Origin: an uncultured Myxococcales bacterium
GTDB taxonomy: Bacteria > Myxococcota_A > Polyangia > Fen-1088
NCBI GenBank assembly: GCA_964443975.1
Contig: CAYUFS010000015.1
Span: 11,711 to 75,710 of the forward strand
Length of the DNA: 64,000 nucleotides
Direction: 5' to 3'
Position numbers and translations under genes: made by a program
The notes under the pieces: model-generated
The model's input: the letters and a program-made list of their open reading frames with translations, nothing else
Databases searched by the model: none
What the model was told of the DNA's origin: nothing
Part shown: positions 19,561-30,077 of the stretch, piece after piece
How positions within the stretch are numbered: position 1 is the first letter of the stretch
How the letters are laid out: each line of letters begins with the position of its first letter

Positions 19561-20793
19561 TCAGCGCCCGAAGAGCCGCGGGGCCCACTCCACCGCGAGA
19601 TAGAGCGGCGCGAACATCAGGAGCGCTCCCGTGGCGATGGCCACGGCGAACACCGACCCGCGGTAGAGCAGGTACGAGGTGTGATACCCCATGGCTCGCC
19701 AGGCGTTGACGTGCGTGCGGAACAGGATGTCGTCGAGCGCGGTGCCGCGCGAGGCGTGGAGGAACAGCACCACGAACCCCGCGATCGGGTACAGGTGGAC
19801 GATCTCCGGCCAGCCGAAGACCAGGATGAAGTTGCCGAAGATCAGCGCCAGGGCCAGCGACGTGAGCCGGCTGAAGACCCCGAGCAGCAACAACAGCCCG
19901 AAGGTCATCTCGCCGAGCGCCGTGGTGAATGACCATGACTCGCGGGTCAGCCACGGGAAGACGCTCTGCGGGCCCGTGACGAGGTGGGGGTAGTTGTCGC
20001 CGACGCCGATGAACAGCTCAGCGTCGTAGATCTTGTTGACCAGACCGAGCAGGAAGAACCCCACCCCCAGCCCCAGACGAATCCCGACCATCTGCCGCTC
20101 GTTGAGGGCGATCCCTCGACGAGAGAACAGGTAGAAGAAGGCGCTGGCCAACACGGGGATGGCATCCACCGCCGCGAGGCCGTAGCCCGCGCAGAGTCCC
20201 GTGAAGATCGCCACGAAGGCCACCCCCAGGGCCACCGGGAAGAGGCCGGACAGGATCCACAGCGCGACCACCACCTCCGCAATGCGCAGCGGAAGGGCCA
20301 CCGCGCCCTCGACGGGGAAGCTCGGCATGACCAACCAGCCCTTGGCCGCCCCCAGCAACAACACCAACCCGGGCAGGCGCGCGAACACGAACACCGCGAT
20401 GCGCTCTGCGCTGCCCAGCCAGGCCCCGGCGACGTATCCGTCCAGCAGGAAGCGTATCACCGAGGCAAGCGGTCGCCGGGCCGGCCTTGGCTTCTCCGTT
20501 TCGACCTTGCGCTCGACGGACGTCGGCGTCAGGCGGTCGAGCAGCACCACCCCACCCAGGTACCAGAGACCGACGATGACGGCGACCGCTGCGGCCGCCA
20601 GCAGCGACAGGCGCAGCACCTCGCCGCTCATGGATTGGAAGTAGCCGCGGTTGAAGGGCTTGAAGTCGTGCTTCACCCAGCGTTCGTGGGCGAGCGCCTG
20701 CGCGGGCGCCAGCAGCCCACCCGCCACGAGGACGACGAGGCCCCTCGTCCTCGACGAGGGCGCACTACGACGCGGGGTCTTGCGCGGGCGCAT
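19561..20793 (-). CDS. Polytopic membrane protein with cleavable-looking signal peptide (function unknown)
   Basis: The chosen start MRPRKTPRRSAPSSRTRGLVVLVAGGLLAPAQALA looks like a Sec signal. At least 8 hydrophobic helices follow. It overlaps the upstream stop by 29 nt. An alternative start lies at 20631. Confidence 0.5.
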   Translation of the reverse strand: MRPRKTPRRSAPSSRTRGLVVLVAGGLLAPAQALAHERWVKHDFKPFNRGYFQSMSGEVLRLSLLAAAAVAVIVGLWYLGGVVLLDRLTPTSVERKVETEKPRPARRPLASVIRFLLDGYVAGAWLGSAERIAVFVFARLPGLVLLLGAAKGWLVMPSFPVEGAVALPLRIAEVVVALWILSGLFPVALGVAFVAIFTGLCAGYGLAAVDAIPVLASAFFYLFSRRGIALNERQMVGIRLGLGVGFFLLGLVNKIYDAELFIGVGDNYPHLVTGPQSVFPWLTRESWSFTTALGEMTFGLLLLLGVFSRLTSLALALIFGNFILVFGWPEIVHLYPIAGFVVLFLHASRGTALDDILFRTHVNAWRAMGYHTSYLLYRGSVFAVAIATGALLMFAPLYLAVEWAPRLFGR

Positions 20794-21700
20794 CCGCGAC
20801 CTCTCCTTCGATGTGTTTGACGTCGTCGGTCGTGAGCCTGAAGACCCGGAGCGCATCGGCCAAGAAGTCCATCTCTCGCTGGTGAAGCGTGCCGTCGATC
20901 CGCGCCAGCGTGTAGAGAGCGCGATAGAACTCCCGACGCGCCTCGAGCGGCACATAGCGCTTCAGGAACATGTCATCGATGACCAGTCGGCGACGTAGCT
21001 CCTGCTCGATGCGCGCGTCAGCCTCGCCTCCGGAGGTCATGCCCGTCATCTCCTCCAGCAGATCGTGGAGGAACCGCCGCTCCGCGGAGGCGACGGCGCC
21101 GTCGCAAGCGGCCAGGTGCACGAGCCAGTTGAACAGCATGTCATTCCGGATCGACGAGAACGTGTCGATGGCGAGCAGGCTCATCCGGCGCAGGTGAGTC
21201 TTGGGGCGGCGGCCGCGGGGGACATCCAGTCCGAGCGATCGTCGCAGCAGCACCGTGCCACCCGCAGACCGGACTTCGAAGTCGACCGTCCACACCACCA
21301 GCATTCGCCGCGAGCCCTCCGCGGTCGAACGTGGGCTGTTCTCGCCCACCAGTCCTGTCTTCAGCGCGTAGTCTGGCAACGTCAACGACACCGCGTAGTC
21401 GTTCGCGCCGTTCGTCGCCGCGGGCATGGCCAGGCTGCTGGCGTAAAGCTCGTGGCTGCGGTGGTCGAACATGGTGCAGGTCAGGCGGGCGATCACTGTG
21501 ATGGACCGGGATGACCGGGGCACCACGTGCGCCCGCGCCTCGATCGACTGTCCCGGCCGCGCCGTCTTCACGCTGAGGGAAAAATTCGCCGCCTCGAGGG
21601 TCGTCAACCGTCGCGCGAGCCTGAGCGCTGCCTGAAGGCTACCCCACACGAGCGTGAGGGGGATCAGGCAAAGCGCCAGGCCGAAGAGATAGACCGCCAA
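20765..21700 (-). CDS. Membrane-anchored protein with C-terminal TerB-like domain
   Basis: An N-terminal TM helix is followed by a beta-rich region. The C-terminal block VHLAACDGAVASAERRFLHDLLEEMTG...YRALYTLARIDGTLHQREMDFLADALRVFRL has a TerB/DjlA-N-like fold signature. Confidence 0.55.
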   Translation of the reverse strand: MAVYLFGLALCLIPLTLVWGSLQAALRLARRLTTLEAANFSLSVKTARPGQSIEARAHVVPRSSRSITVIARLTCTMFDHRSHELYASSLAMPAATNGANDYAVSLTLPDYALKTGLVGENSPRSTAEGSRRMLVVWTVDFEVRSAGGTVLLRRSLGLDVPRGRRPKTHLRRMSLLAIDTFSSIRNDMLFNWLVHLAACDGAVASAERRFLHDLLEEMTGMTSGGEADARIEQELRRRLVIDDMFLKRYVPLEARREFYRALYTLARIDGTLHQREMDFLADALRVFRLTTDDVKHIEGEVADAPAQDPAS

Positions 21701-21798
21701 GGTACAAAGATGTCGCCGGACCGGCGCTCGAAGTCAAGCGAACGGGCCCGCCAGCCCTCGAGCTTGCCCGGTTCAGCGCCAGGCGTTCGACCGTCTCG

Positions 21799-22647
21799 TC
21801 AGCGCTTGGCGCCGGCGGCGATCCAGGATTTCAGCGTGGCGATCTGCGCGGCGGTCAGCGGCACAGCGGGCAGGACCTCGAACTTCGCTGGCATGTGCGC
21901 GCCCTCGCATGGGGTGGCGGCGGTGACCTTCTGGATGATGTAGCTCGCGTTCGGATCGCCCGCCACTACACGCGTGCCGCCGCACGCCTCATCCGCGGGA
22001 TGTCCCACCAGCGCGTCATAGGCATCGTTCATCGTCAGCGACAGCTGAGGGTACGAGGGAAGGCCCAACTTCGTGGCGTCGTGACAATTCACGCACCGAT
22101 CTTGAAAGATGGCGAGCACGTCGGCGAACGACGCGCCCGACCCGCTGCCGCCCCCGCCGCCGCTGTTGCCCCCAGAGCCCTTCATGCCGGCCGAGCCCGC
22201 CGCGCCACCCGAGCCTTGCGCGCCGCCTGAGCCGCGTCGCCCGCCAGCACCCCTGCCGCCGGTGGAGGTGGACGTGCCGCCCGAACCATTGCTGCCCCCT
22301 GAGCCTTGCGCGCCCCCCGTGCCGCGGTCACCGCCCGACCCGGGCGCGCCGCCGGAGCTCGTGGCTCCCCCCGAACCGAGCGCACCACCGGAGCTCGTGG
22401 TTCCTCCCGAGCCTTGGTTGCCGCCCGAGGCCGTGACGCCTCCCGACCCGCTGTTTCCCCCGCTGCCCTTGACGCCGCCTGAGCCAAGCGTGCCGCCCGT
22501 GCCCACTCGCCCACCGGTTCCGCTGCCACCGCCCGAGCCACCGGCGTCGAATCCGTTGCTGTCGGCGGACCCTGAAGAGCAGGCCAACAGGCCCAGCGAA
22601 AGCCCGACCGCGAGGAGGTTCGAGGAGCAACGAAGACCTGAATTCAT
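21799..22647 (-). CDS. Lipoprotein with Gly/Ser-rich linker and C-terminal PSCyt1-like mono-heme cytochrome c domain
   Basis: MNSGLRCSSNLLAVGLSLGLLAC lipobox. About 170 aa of GGS/GGT linker. The C-terminus FADVLAIFQDRCVNCHD carries a CxxCH. Confidence 0.6.
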   Translation of the reverse strand: MNSGLRCSSNLLAVGLSLGLLACSSGSADSNGFDAGGSGGGSGTGGRVGTGGTLGSGGVKGSGGNSGSGGVTASGGNQGSGGTTSSGGALGSGGATSSGGAPGSGGDRGTGGAQGSGGSNGSGGTSTSTGGRGAGGRRGSGGAQGSGGAAGSAGMKGSGGNSGGGGGSGSGASFADVLAIFQDRCVNCHDATKLGLPSYPQLSLTMNDAYDALVGHPADEACGGTRVVAGDPNASYIIQKVTAATPCEGAHMPAKFEVLPAVPLTAAQIATLKSWIAAGAKR

Positions 22648-22861
22648 GGGAAGCCGACGCAAGTGATCGCGATGGAGATTCATCGAGGCTGCGTGAAGGC
22701 AAATGTCGGACCAGGCACGCGCGCGCGGCCTTCATGCGGATTCGCACTCTGATTTTCGTGGGGGCCGCCGGAGGGACGGGTCGGGGCGCCTCGAATTTTC
22801 GAGGGGGCAACGGCGGGCAGCGGGCACCGGCGAGCGCCCACGGCACCGCGCGAGGAGCCCG

Positions 22862-24127
22862 TCAGGGCGCCGCCGGGACGTGGGCTCGGCCGAGCAGCCG
22901 CTCCAACGCCAGCTCCAGTGCGTCCCCGAATGCGTGCCGCGAGAAACGCGCGGCGCGCTTCCTTCCCGCCAGCCCCAAACGCGCGCAAAGCGCGGGGCAG
23001 TTGCCGAGCGAGGCGAGCGCCTCGGCGAAGGCGTCCGCGGTGGGCTCGCGCAAGAATCCCGTTTCGCCGTCGACGACGGTTTCCAGCGGGCCGGCATTGG
23101 CGACCGCGACGACCGGTCGTCCGGCGGCCATCGCCTCGACAGGGACAATCCCGAAGTGCTCGTCGGGCGTGGGGTGAACCACGCAGAGGCAACGCTCGAG
23201 CAGCGCCATGCGCTCCATCTCCGACGGGGATGGGTGCAGGGCCACCTTGTCCTCGAGCGCCAGCCGTCGCACCAGCGCTGCGATGGCTTCCGCGGTCTCG
23301 CGGTCTTCGCGCCGGCTCACGTCGAGTCCGCCCGCCAGCACCAAGGAGCTGCGCGCGAAGACCTCGGGCGCCGTGTGGCGCAGCCGCGCGAAGGCGTTGA
23401 CGGCCAGCGCTTGATTCTTTCGAGGATCGAACCGGCCCACGACCAGGAAGATTGATTCATCGCCCCGCAGCGCGGGAACGGCGGCGTATGAGTTGGTCGG
23501 AACCCCGGGGTAGATCACCTCCGTCACGTCGACACCGAACGCGGCGACGGCGCCCGCGGTGAAGCGGCTGTTCGCGAGCACGAGGTCCGCGGCCCGCATC
23601 GCAGGCCCCTCCAGGCGATCGAAGGGCAGTCGGTAGTAGCGGTACCAACCACGCCGCCGGGGCGCCAGCAGCTGGTCGGGGTAGTGGCAGTAGTAGACGA
23701 GCTTTGCGCGCGTGCCCCGGCGGGCGCGCAACCATCGCAGAAGGGGAATCGCGTACGGCGCGATGTCCGACACGATCACGTCGAAGGGATGGCCGTTCGC
23801 CACCATCGCGCAGGCCGTCCAGCACATGCGCACGATCGCGCAAGGGGCCTGCAAGCGGCCTCCCAGCGTGGCGGGGATGAAGCCGCCCTTCACCCGAACG
23901 TTCAGGCGGCCGTCGGTCGTTTCAGGAAAAGCCCGCCCCGGATCGTGCTCCGCCGTGAAGATGGTCACGTCGTGGCCGCGGGCCTGAAGCTCGAGCGCTG
24001 CATCCACCACCAGCCGCTCGGCGCCACCGATTCCGAGGACCGGGTGCAGGAAGGCGATCCGGAGGCGGCGCCGCTCCGTGAGTTGGTCGTTCGAGGCGCG
24101 GCCGCTTCGTGCCTTCGTGGGGAGCAT
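22862..24127 (-). CDS. GT4-family glycosyltransferase
   Basis: The N-terminus RIAFLHPVLGIGGAERLVVDAALELQARGHDVTIFT is GT4/GT-B type. 421 aa. It lies 10 nt downstream of the PLD gene on the same strand. Confidence 0.8.
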   Translation of the reverse strand: MLPTKARSGRASNDQLTERRRLRIAFLHPVLGIGGAERLVVDAALELQARGHDVTIFTAEHDPGRAFPETTDGRLNVRVKGGFIPATLGGRLQAPCAIVRMCWTACAMVANGHPFDVIVSDIAPYAIPLLRWLRARRGTRAKLVYYCHYPDQLLAPRRRGWYRYYRLPFDRLEGPAMRAADLVLANSRFTAGAVAAFGVDVTEVIYPGVPTNSYAAVPALRGDESIFLVVGRFDPRKNQALAVNAFARLRHTAPEVFARSSLVLAGGLDVSRREDRETAEAIAALVRRLALEDKVALHPSPSEMERMALLERCLCVVHPTPDEHFGIVPVEAMAAGRPVVAVANAGPLETVVDGETGFLREPTADAFAEALASLGNCPALCARLGLAGRKRAARFSRHAFGDALELALERLLGRAHVPAAP

Positions 24128-24137
24128 CTCGCCGCGA

Positions 24138-25679
24138 TCAGGGCTGGGGCGTGGGGGGGTCGAGCTTGACCGCTCGCTCGCCGGAGCTGGTGCGCGCGCG
24201 CTTGCGCTTGCGCTTCGACGGCGGGCGGCGCAGGCGCTCTCGGATCGCGTTCACGATGAGCGCTGCGCCCAGCCAGGCCGTCAACACCGCGAATGGCGTC
24301 GAGACGATCCGGGGCCAGAGCACCGTGATCGCGGTCAAGGCAAGCAGGGCGCCCCCGAACGCCGCCATCAAGCTGCTCTGAGCGAATCCCAGCGCGCGCC
24401 GTCGCGCGACGACATTTCCAACCGCGTGCGCGAAACGAACGGCACCGATGGCTCGTCCCGAGGCGCCACGTGGCCCTTTCTTCTCGGGCTCGCCGCGGGA
24501 GCCGGACTTTCGGTCGGGGACGACGCGACGGTTGGGGTTGATGACGATCTCGGTCGTGTTGTCGAGATCGGCGAGGTACATCGCCTCCATCTCGCGAGCG
24601 ATGCCCTCATGCTCCAGGGCCACGTCGATCTCGTAGTTCGAGACGAAGCTGGCGATGTTCAGGTTCGACGAGCCCACGCGCGCCCACCTTCCATCGGCGA
24701 CCGCGGTCTTCGCGTGCAACATCGAGCCGTTCCATTCGAAGACCCGCACGCCCGCCTCGAGAAGAGGACGGTAGCCTGCGCGCGAGAACGCCGCGACGAG
24801 GGGAAGATCGCTCGCGCTCGGAACCAGCAGCCTGACGTCGACGCTGTCGAGGGCCGCGGCGCACAAGGCCTGAACATAGGGTGCGAAGCCCACGAAGTAG
24901 GCGTCCGTCAGCCAGAGCGTTCGGCGGGCGGCGCTGGCGATGAGCTGGTCCAGGCGAAACAGCCCGGCTTTCTTGGGCGCGCCGGCCACCACGCGGACAG
25001 GTACGTCTCCGATCATCTGCAGCGACGCCGGATCGGACAGCTCCCCGTCGGGGAGCGGCGGGCCTGTCATGGCCCACACCTCGGCGAAGGCCCGCTCGAC
25101 GTACGCGACCGCCGGACCGCGGATCTCGACGCCCGTGTCGCGCCAGGGTGGGGTCCCGCGCCCGGGATCGCCGAGCCAACGCTGGCTGGCGCACAGGCCG
25201 GTGACGAACGCGACCTCGCCGTCGATCGCGATGGTCTTGCGGTGATCGCGGGTCAGCCAGCCTAGGGGACTGTCCAGGCGGGGCGGGTTGAAGCCCCGGA
25301 CGTCCACGCCAGCCTGCCGCAGACCACGCCAGTAACTCCGCGAGCCCCAGGCCCAGGACCCCAACCAGTCATGTACCAGCCGTACGGTGACGCCCGCCCG
25401 CGCTCGCTCCGACAGCGCCGCCGCCAGCTCGCGCCCAACGTCGTCGTTTTCGATGATGTAGTTCTCGAAGTAGACGCTCCGCTTGGCCGCCCGAATGGCG
25501 CCGAACCAGGCGGGGAAGTTGGCGGAGGCGTCCTTCAGCAAGCGGATCGCGTTTCCCCTCACGAGCGGCGCGCCCGAAGCGCGGTTGAAGGCTTGCTCGA
25601 CCAGCTCGGAGGTCGCCAACTCCGCGGGGGCAATGGGCGGCCTATCGCGAGCCGGGGGTTTTGTTCTTGCCTGGGGCAT
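24138..25679 (-). CDS. Phospholipase D-family cardiolipin synthase-like protein (two HKD motifs, C-terminal TM)
   Basis: HKD motifs HRKTIAIDG and HAKTAVADGRWARVGSSN. C-terminal hydrophobic helices. Start taken at MPQARTKPP. Confidence 0.8.
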   Translation of the reverse strand: MPQARTKPPARDRPPIAPAELATSELVEQAFNRASGAPLVRGNAIRLLKDASANFPAWFGAIRAAKRSVYFENYIIENDDVGRELAAALSERARAGVTVRLVHDWLGSWAWGSRSYWRGLRQAGVDVRGFNPPRLDSPLGWLTRDHRKTIAIDGEVAFVTGLCASQRWLGDPGRGTPPWRDTGVEIRGPAVAYVERAFAEVWAMTGPPLPDGELSDPASLQMIGDVPVRVVAGAPKKAGLFRLDQLIASAARRTLWLTDAYFVGFAPYVQALCAAALDSVDVRLLVPSASDLPLVAAFSRAGYRPLLEAGVRVFEWNGSMLHAKTAVADGRWARVGSSNLNIASFVSNYEIDVALEHEGIAREMEAMYLADLDNTTEIVINPNRRVVPDRKSGSRGEPEKKGPRGASGRAIGAVRFAHAVGNVVARRRALGFAQSSLMAAFGGALLALTAITVLWPRIVSTPFAVLTAWLGAALIVNAIRERLRRPPSKRKRKRARTSSGERAVKLDPPTPQP

Positions 25680-25858
25680 GGCGGTACCCGCGAATCCTAC
25701 CGTGCTGCGGGGCCAACCGCCGGCAAGTCTCGCCGGAAGGGGCCGTTGCAACGGTTCACCATCGCAAAAGCAACCCGGTAGCGGGCTGGATCCGGCTTGT
25801 GCCACCTCGCGTTAGGGACGTTTCCGGGCTTTGCTGCTGTGAATGTATTGAAAGATAG

Positions 25859-28600
25859 GTGATAATGCGCTTCGGCCCACTTCCAGATTCGAGCCGTATG
25901 AAGCGCCCCCCCGAGACACTTCGGGTGCCGAGGTCGAGTCGCCCAACCGACCGACGGGCATCCGTTTTCGCCGCCTTGGCGGTCGTGGCCAACCTCCGCG
26001 TGGCCTCGGCGCGGGCCGGGGCGGCGGATGAAGCCCCACCTCCAAAGTCATTTCACGGACCCGAGATTGCCGAGGGCGCTTCGCCCAGCGCGCCGCTGGT
26101 CACGGCCGCCGCCGTGCGAGCGTTGTCGCCGGAACATGCTCAACAGGCCCTCACGGTCAGGATTCGGGGCGTCATCACCTGCGCCGGGAGCCTGATATTT
26201 TTCCAGGACGCGACCGCGGGTATCTTCATTGACGCGCCCGTCAGCACGAAGGGGCGATACCAGGTGGGGCAATACGGCGTGCTCGAGGGTTACACCGCGC
26301 CGGGCTTGTTCGCCCCGCAGATCGTGCCCAGGCGGTTCAACCCCATCGGAACCACGGCGCTGCCAGAGGCACGCCCGAGCAAGTTCGACGAGCTGTCGAC
26401 CGGAAAGCTCGATAGCCAGCGTGTCGAGGTGGAGGGCATCATCCGCTCGGTGATGCCTGACGAGCGCGCCGATCTGCGACGGACGGTGACCTTGAAGATG
26501 GCGTCCGACGACGGTGTGTTTCCGGTCTATGTCTCGGATCTCCCTCCGGACAAGCTGCGGGCCGTGGTCGACGCCTCGGTCAAGGCGCGGGGCGTGGTCG
26601 GGGGCGTCTTCAACGAACGCCGACAAATGATCGGCATCAAGCTCTACGTCGGGCGCGCCGACGACTTGGTCATCGAGGAGAAGGGCCCGGGCGAGCCCTT
26701 CTCGGTCCGCACCACGCCCGTCGAGAGCCTGCTGCGCTTCGAGCCGGAGGGCGCGAGCCGCCATCGGGTGAAGGTGCGCGGCACCGTCACCTTCTATCAG
26801 CCCGGCGGCGCCATGTTCGTCGAGGACGGCACGGGCGGCGTGGCGATCCGGACCCGGCAGGCCGAGCCGTTGTCCGTGGGGGATCGGGTGGAGGTGCTGG
26901 GCTTTCCCGAGATGGGGCCGTGGACGCCGTTCCTGGGCGACGCTGTGTTTCGACGGAGCGGTCCGGCGGCGCAGCCCCTGATCCCGATCTCCGTGACCGC
27001 GGATCAGGAGCTGAGCGCCGGCGCGCACGATTCACGGCTGGTCAGCGTCGAGGCCGAACTGGTGGACGTGGTGCGCGACGCCGGCCGCGTCCTGCTGGTG
27101 GCGAAGGCCAAGAACGTCCTTTTCGACGCGGAGGTCCCGCAAGCGGGGGAGGTGCCCGCTTCGGCGCTGGCTGACCTTGCCAACGGCAGCCGGGCGCGGC
27201 TGACAGGGATCAGCGTGGTGCGCCTGGGACAAGATCGCGACCACCCTACAGAGTTCCGCTTGCTGTTGCGAAACCTGGACGACATCGCCGTGCTTCAGAA
27301 GCCTCCTTGGTGGACGTTGCGGAGACTGGTGTGGATATTGGCGGCGCTGGTGGCGATCACGGCCGTGGCGCTGGCCTGGGGGGTCGTGCTCCGGCGACGG
27401 GTGCGCGCGCAGACGGGGATCATCCAGGTGCGCATGGAGAGCGAGGCGATGCTCGCCGCGCGCTACCGCGATCTGTTCGAGAACGCCAACGACGTGATCT
27501 ACACGCACGACATGGCGGGCCGGCTGTTGACGATCAACCGGGCCGGTGAGGCGATGACCGGGTATGCGCGCGACGAGCTCCTCAAGATGACGATCTTCGA
27601 TCTCGCGTTGCCGGCGCGCCGCGAGTCCGTGTCGATGTGGCTGAACAAGCTGGCGGGAGGACAGGAGACCCGACCGACGTTCGAATCGGAGCTGCTGTCC
27701 AAGGCGGGACGGATCATTCCCTTCGAGGTGAGCATTCGTCCCATCATGGAGGGCGAACGGATCTCGGCGGTGGAGGGCATCGCGCGGGACATCACGGAGC
27801 GCAAGCGCGCGGAGACGGAGCTGGCCGCCGCCCACCAGCGCCTGGTGGAGACGTCGCGCCGGGCCGGCATGGCCGAGGTGGCGGCGGGCGTCCTGCACAA
27901 CGTTGGCAACGTGTTGTCGAGCGTGACGGTGTCAGTCGCGCACCTGACCGAACGGTTCAGGGGGCAGGGCGGCGGCGACCCGTCGGTCGCCCGCGACCTG
28001 GAGTCACTCGGACAAAGCGTGGAGCACATCAAGGAGATCGTGGCCATGCAGCAGGGCTACGCGCGTCTGTCGGGGATCCAGGAGGAGGTCCCGGCGGAGA
28101 CCCTGATCGAGGACGCGTTGCGCATCAACCGCGAGGCGCTGGAGCGCCACGGCATCACCGTCGTGCGGGAGTACTCGCCCTCGCCCCCGCTGGTGATCGA
28201 GAAGCACAAGGTGCTGCAGATCTTGGTGAACATTCTCGGCAACGCGAAGTACGCTTGCGACGGCAAGGTCCAGGACGGCCAGCCGGCGCGGATCGTGGTG
28301 CGCATCGATACGCCGAAGGGGGATCGGGCCGGTAACCGCGTCCGCATCGTCGTCGCCGACAACGGCAGCGGCATCTCGCACGAGAACCTGACGCGGATCT
28401 TCGACAACGGCTTCACCACGAGAAAGGACGGGCACGGCATCGGCCTTTACAGCGCCGCGCTGACGGCGCGCGAGCTCGGCGGGGCGCTGTTCGTTCACAG
28501 CGACGGGCTGGGCCGTGGCGCGCGGTTCACATTGGATCTGCCGGTGCGGCCACCGCCGCCGAAGGCCGGGGTGGAGGGCACCACCACCCTGCGAACGTGA
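25859..28600 (+). CDS. Sensor histidine kinase: ~400-aa periplasmic sensor, TM, PAS, HisKA, HATPase_c
   Basis: TM helix WILAALVAITAVALAWGVVL. PAS-like region. An H-box lies near VAAGVLHNVGN. The C-terminus has the ATPase G-boxes DNGSGI and GHGIGL. An alternative start lies at 25898. Confidence 0.8.
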   Translation: MIMRFGPLPDSSRMKRPPETLRVPRSSRPTDRRASVFAALAVVANLRVASARAGAADEAPPPKSFHGPEIAEGASPSAPLVTAAAVRALSPEHAQQALTVRIRGVITCAGSLIFFQDATAGIFIDAPVSTKGRYQVGQYGVLEGYTAPGLFAPQIVPRRFNPIGTTALPEARPSKFDELSTGKLDSQRVEVEGIIRSVMPDERADLRRTVTLKMASDDGVFPVYVSDLPPDKLRAVVDASVKARGVVGGVFNERRQMIGIKLYVGRADDLVIEEKGPGEPFSVRTTPVESLLRFEPEGASRHRVKVRGTVTFYQPGGAMFVEDGTGGVAIRTRQAEPLSVGDRVEVLGFPEMGPWTPFLGDAVFRRSGPAAQPLIPISVTADQELSAGAHDSRLVSVEAELVDVVRDAGRVLLVAKAKNVLFDAEVPQAGEVPASALADLANGSRARLTGISVVRLGQDRDHPTEFRLLLRNLDDIAVLQKPPWWTLRRLVWILAALVAITAVALAWGVVLRRRVRAQTGIIQVRMESEAMLAARYRDLFENANDVIYTHDMAGRLLTINRAGEAMTGYARDELLKMTIFDLALPARRESVSMWLNKLAGGQETRPTFESELLSKAGRIIPFEVSIRPIMEGERISAVEGIARDITERKRAETELAAAHQRLVETSRRAGMAEVAAGVLHNVGNVLSSVTVSVAHLTERFRGQGGGDPSVARDLESLGQSVEHIKEIVAMQQGYARLSGIQEEVPAETLIEDALRINREALERHGITVVREYSPSPPLVIEKHKVLQILVNILGNAKYACDGKVQDGQPARIVVRIDTPKGDRAGNRVRIVVADNGSGISHENLTRIFDNGFTTRKDGHGIGLYSAALTARELGGALFVHSDGLGRGARFTLDLPVRPPPPKAGVEGTTTLRT

Positions 28601-28640
28601 GCGCGGGCCGGTCGGACGTCGTGGGCGGCGTTGGGCGCGG

Positions 28641-30077
28641 TCAGGCGGCGATATCGAGGCCGAGGAAGTTTCCGCAAGCCGGCTCGGCGCCGAACCCGGC
28701 GGACGGGAGGCCCATGACGTTTTGAATCGTGCAGCCCAGCCGCTGGTGGATCTGGGTGCCCACGTCGACCATGTAGCCAGTCTTCTTCAGCTTGCCGGCG
28801 GCGCCCCCGAGAAACACGATCGGGTACCCGTTCGTTCCGTGGGGACCGGTGGCGAGCTCGTTGCCCCAGACGACCAGCGAATTGTCGAGCGCGTTCGTCC
28901 CGTTCGCCTGCGGGAACGTCGCCAGCCGCTTGCCGAGATCGGTGACCAACTGCGAGTAGTACTTCGCCACGCCCGTGCACAGGTCGCCCGCCGTGCTCTG
29001 TCCCCCCTTGTCCGCGTGCGCCGCCTGATCGTGAAAGTCGGCCGGCATGTTGGGGAGGTTCAGCCACTGATAGTGGAAGTGGCCGCCCCCGCGGCCGAAC
29101 TGGAAGGTCATCACGCCAACCAGGTTGCACGCGATGGCGTTGGCGATGAACTCCATGTAGAGGCGCATCAGGACGTCGGCGTTGGCTTCGTCGGCCTGAG
29201 CCTTCAGCGATACGCCCGTCATCGACGGTTTCACGCTGGCGCATGACGCTGGCGTCGCCGGCCCGCCCGAACCCATCGACGTGAACGCTCCGGAGAGGCG
29301 GTTTTCGAGATCCCGCACCGAGGTGAGGTGGGTGTCGACCTTCATGCGTTCGGTGGCCCCGAGCCGCCCCTGGAGCGCGGTCAGATCCAGGGCCACGGCG
29401 TCGAGGACGGATTTTCGCTGCGCCAGCCGAAGCGCGGCCGCCGCGTTCGCGCTGCCCGCCGTTCCCCCGGCGCCGGTGGTCGGCGTCGGCTGGATCGAGC
29501 CGAACAGCTTCGTGTAGAGCGCGTAGATGTCAGTCTCGCAAGGCACCTGGACCCCAGCGGTCGCACACGGCCAGGACGCGCGGCCGGCGTTGATGAGGCT
29601 GTGGTTCTCGGCGATGACGCCGCAGTGAATGGTCTTGAACGGGTTCGTGAACGGTATCTGCTTGGCCAGGATCTGGTCGACCGAGGGGCCGCCGCCCGCC
29701 GGCGCCCCCATCGAAATGTTGTCGACGCCGGAGTAGAGGCCATGCCAGCCCCAGTCGTGACCATTCCCCTGGGGCGAGCCTTTCTTGTTCAGGTTCACCC
29801 CCTTGATCAGCGTGACCTTCTGTCCGACGGAGGGCTCGGACAGCATGTTGAACAGAATCGGCGAGGTGTTGGCCAGGGTCGGCGAGGGCCACGTGGTCGC
29901 GGTGGGCCAGAAGCTCTCCTGATGCGTGCCGTTCGTTTGCATCAGCAAGACCAAGTTGGGCCTGGTCGCCGCGGTTTGCGCGAACGCATGCTTGAGGAAC
30001 GACGGGACCAGCAAGGTGGAGCCCGCGGCGCGCATCAGGGTCCGGCGGGAGAACTGGAAATTGGTGGAGGAGCTCAT
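28641..30077 (-). CDS. DUF1552 (HXXSHH-variant) family protein with Tat signal, pair 3
   Basis: SRRTLMRAAGSTLLVP is a Tat motif. The HDQAAHADKGG variant is present. The start overlaps the upstream stop (ATGA). Confidence 0.85.
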   Translation of the reverse strand: MSSSTNFQFSRRTLMRAAGSTLLVPSFLKHAFAQTAATRPNLVLLMQTNGTHQESFWPTATTWPSPTLANTSPILFNMLSEPSVGQKVTLIKGVNLNKKGSPQGNGHDWGWHGLYSGVDNISMGAPAGGGPSVDQILAKQIPFTNPFKTIHCGVIAENHSLINAGRASWPCATAGVQVPCETDIYALYTKLFGSIQPTPTTGAGGTAGSANAAAALRLAQRKSVLDAVALDLTALQGRLGATERMKVDTHLTSVRDLENRLSGAFTSMGSGGPATPASCASVKPSMTGVSLKAQADEANADVLMRLYMEFIANAIACNLVGVMTFQFGRGGGHFHYQWLNLPNMPADFHDQAAHADKGGQSTAGDLCTGVAKYYSQLVTDLGKRLATFPQANGTNALDNSLVVWGNELATGPHGTNGYPIVFLGGAAGKLKKTGYMVDVGTQIHQRLGCTIQNVMGLPSAGFGAEPACGNFLGLDIAA

